A stretch of DNA of 64,000 nucleotides from Antedon mediterranea (Eukaryota; Animalia; Echinodermata), in assembly GCF_964355755.1 (NCBI RefSeq), contig NC_092673.1, positions 18,721,648 through 18,785,647 on the forward strand, read 5' to 3'. Below, in pieces: positions 62,158 to 64,000 of the stretch. Position numbers and translations under genes: made by a program. Within the stretch, counting starts at the first letter, position 1, and each line of letters begins with the position of its first letter. Under the pieces are notes generated by a model that searched no databases, was not told the DNA's origin, and saw only the letters and a list, made by a program, of their open reading frames with translations.

Positions 62158-64000
62158 GGGAGTGGGGAGGGGTTGCTAGACCATTAAAACCCTCCTGCTT
62201 ACGTGTCTGTTATCCTTATTATAGGGAGTGGGGATGGGTTGCTAGAACCATAAAACCTTCCTGCTTACGAGTCTGTTATCCTTATTATTGGGAGTGGGGA
62301 TGGGTTGCTAGAACCATAAAACCCTCCTGCTTACGAGTCTGTTATCCTTATTATAGGGAGTGGGGAGGGGTTGCTAGAACCATAAAACCCTCCTGCTTAC
62401 GAGTCTGTTATCCTTATTATAGGGAGTGGGGAGCTGTTGCTAGACCATTAAAACCCTCCTGCTTACGAGTCTGTTATCCTTATTATAGGGAGTGGGGAGG
62501 TGTTGCTAGAACCATAAAACCCTCCTGCTTACGAGTCTGTTATCCTTATTATAGGGAGTGGGGAGGGGTTGCTAGAACCATAAAACCCTCCTGCTTTCGA
62601 GTCTGTTATCCTTATTATAGGGAGTGGGGAGCTGTTGCTAGACCATTAAAACCCTCCTGCTTACGAGTCTGTTATCCTTATTATAGGGAGTGGGGAGGGG
62701 TTGCTAGAACCATAAAACCCTCCTGCTTACGAGTCTGTTATCCTTATTATAGGGAGTGGGGAGGGGTTGCTAGACCATAAAACCTTCCTGCTTATGAGTC
62801 TGTTATCTTTATTATAGGGAGTGGGGAGGGGTTGCTAGAACCATAAAACCCTCCTGCTTACGAGTCTGTTATCCTTATTATAGGGAGTGGGGAGGGGTTG
62901 CTAGAACCATAAAAACCCTCCTGCTTATGAGTCTGTTATCCTTATTATAGGGAGTGGGGAGGGGTTGCTAGAACCATAAAACCCTCCTGCTTACGAGTCT
63001 GTTATCTTTATTATAGGGAGTGGGGAGGGGTTGCCAGAACCATTAAAACCCTCCTGCTTACGAGTCTGTTATCCTTATTATAGGGAGTGGGGAGGGGTTG
63101 CTAGACCCATAAAACCCTCCTGCTTACGAGTCTGTTATCCTTATTATAGGGAGTGGGGAGGGGTTGCTAGAACCATAAAACCCTCCTGCTTACGAATCTG
63201 TTATCTTTATTATAGGGAGTGGGGAGGGGTTGCTAGAACCATAAAACCCTCCTGCTTACGAGTCTGTTATCCTTATTATAGGGAGTGTGGAGGGGTTGCT
63301 AGAACCATAAAACCCTCCTGCTTACGAATCTGTTATCTTTATTATAGGGAGTGTGGAGGGGTTGCTAGAACCATAAAACCCTCCTGCTTACGAGTCTGTT
63401 ATCCTTATTATAGGGAGTGGGGAGGGGTTGCTAGAACCATAAAACCTTCCTGCTTACGAGTCTGTTATCCTTATTATAGGGAGTGGGGAGGGGTTGCTAG
63501 AACCATAAAACCCTCCTGCTTACGAGTCTGTTATCTTTATTATAGGGAGTGGGGAGGGGTTGCTAGAACCATAAAACCCTCCTGCTTACGAGTCTGTTAT
63601 CTTTATTATAGGGAGTGGGGAGGGGTTGCTAGAACCATAAACCCTCCTGCTTACGAGTCTGTTATCTTTATTATAGGGAGTGGGGAGGGGTTGCTAGAAC
63701 CATAAAACCCTCCTGCTTACGAGTCTGTTATCCTTATTATAGGGAGTGGGGAGGGGTTGCTAGACCATTAAAACCCTCCTGCTTACGAGTCTGTTATCTT
63801 TATTATAGGGAGTGGGGAGGGGTTGAGACCATTAAAACCCTCCTGCTTACGAGTCTGTTATCTTTATTATAGGGAGTGGGGAGGGGTTGCTAGACCATTA
63901 AAACCCTCCTGCTTACGAGTCTGTTATCTTTATTATAGGGAGTGGGGAGGGGTTGCTAGACCATTAAAACCCTCCTGCTTACGAGTCTGTTATCCTTATT
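62158..64000. repeat. 66-bp G-rich minisatellite, at least 28 copies, runs off the window
   Basis: Same unit as 46923-47368. Confidence 0.97.

Noticed and set aside
63031-63705. 224-aa ORF of 22-aa repeats
   Set aside because: Chance open frame in the 66-bp minisatellite; neighbouring units shift frame and the start is not ATG.

Overview
AT-rich eukaryotic (marine invertebrate-type, probably deuterostome/echinoderm; inference) genomic DNA with GT-AG introns. Two multi-exon, immunity/cell-death-like genes lie head-to-tail on the + strand, and both are cut by a window edge. Gene 1 (214-10727, 5' end outside the window) encodes a COR-like region as in ROCO proteins, duplicated basic and acidic micro-exons, and a C-terminal tandem death-effector domain (DED-DED). 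Gene 2 (27393 to beyond 61475) can be hand-spliced in one open frame of about 1,300 aa. Its order is: ankyrin N-cap, ten near-identical one-repeat-per-exon ankyrin exons, ankyrin C-cap, ZU5 ending in an HFS autoproteolysis motif, UPA, tandem DED, a DZIP3-like HEPN domain with an intact RxxxxH motif, then a coiled coil and acidic linkers. This looks like an undescribed PIDD1/RNase L-like sensor-effector built by exon shuffling. Between the genes are an intact two-ORF LINE and a young Mag-type Gypsy element whose 3' LTR has lost its AATAAA. Introns hold many non-autonomous elements (Kolobok-like, Helitron, Helentron-like, MITEs, a Deu-domain SINE, a 5S-derived element, RTE and CR1/L2 fragments), several minisatellites, local duplications, and a 372-bp tandem array carrying a tRNA-like gene with an ATC anticodon. 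All domain and exon calls were made by eye; no database searches were run.
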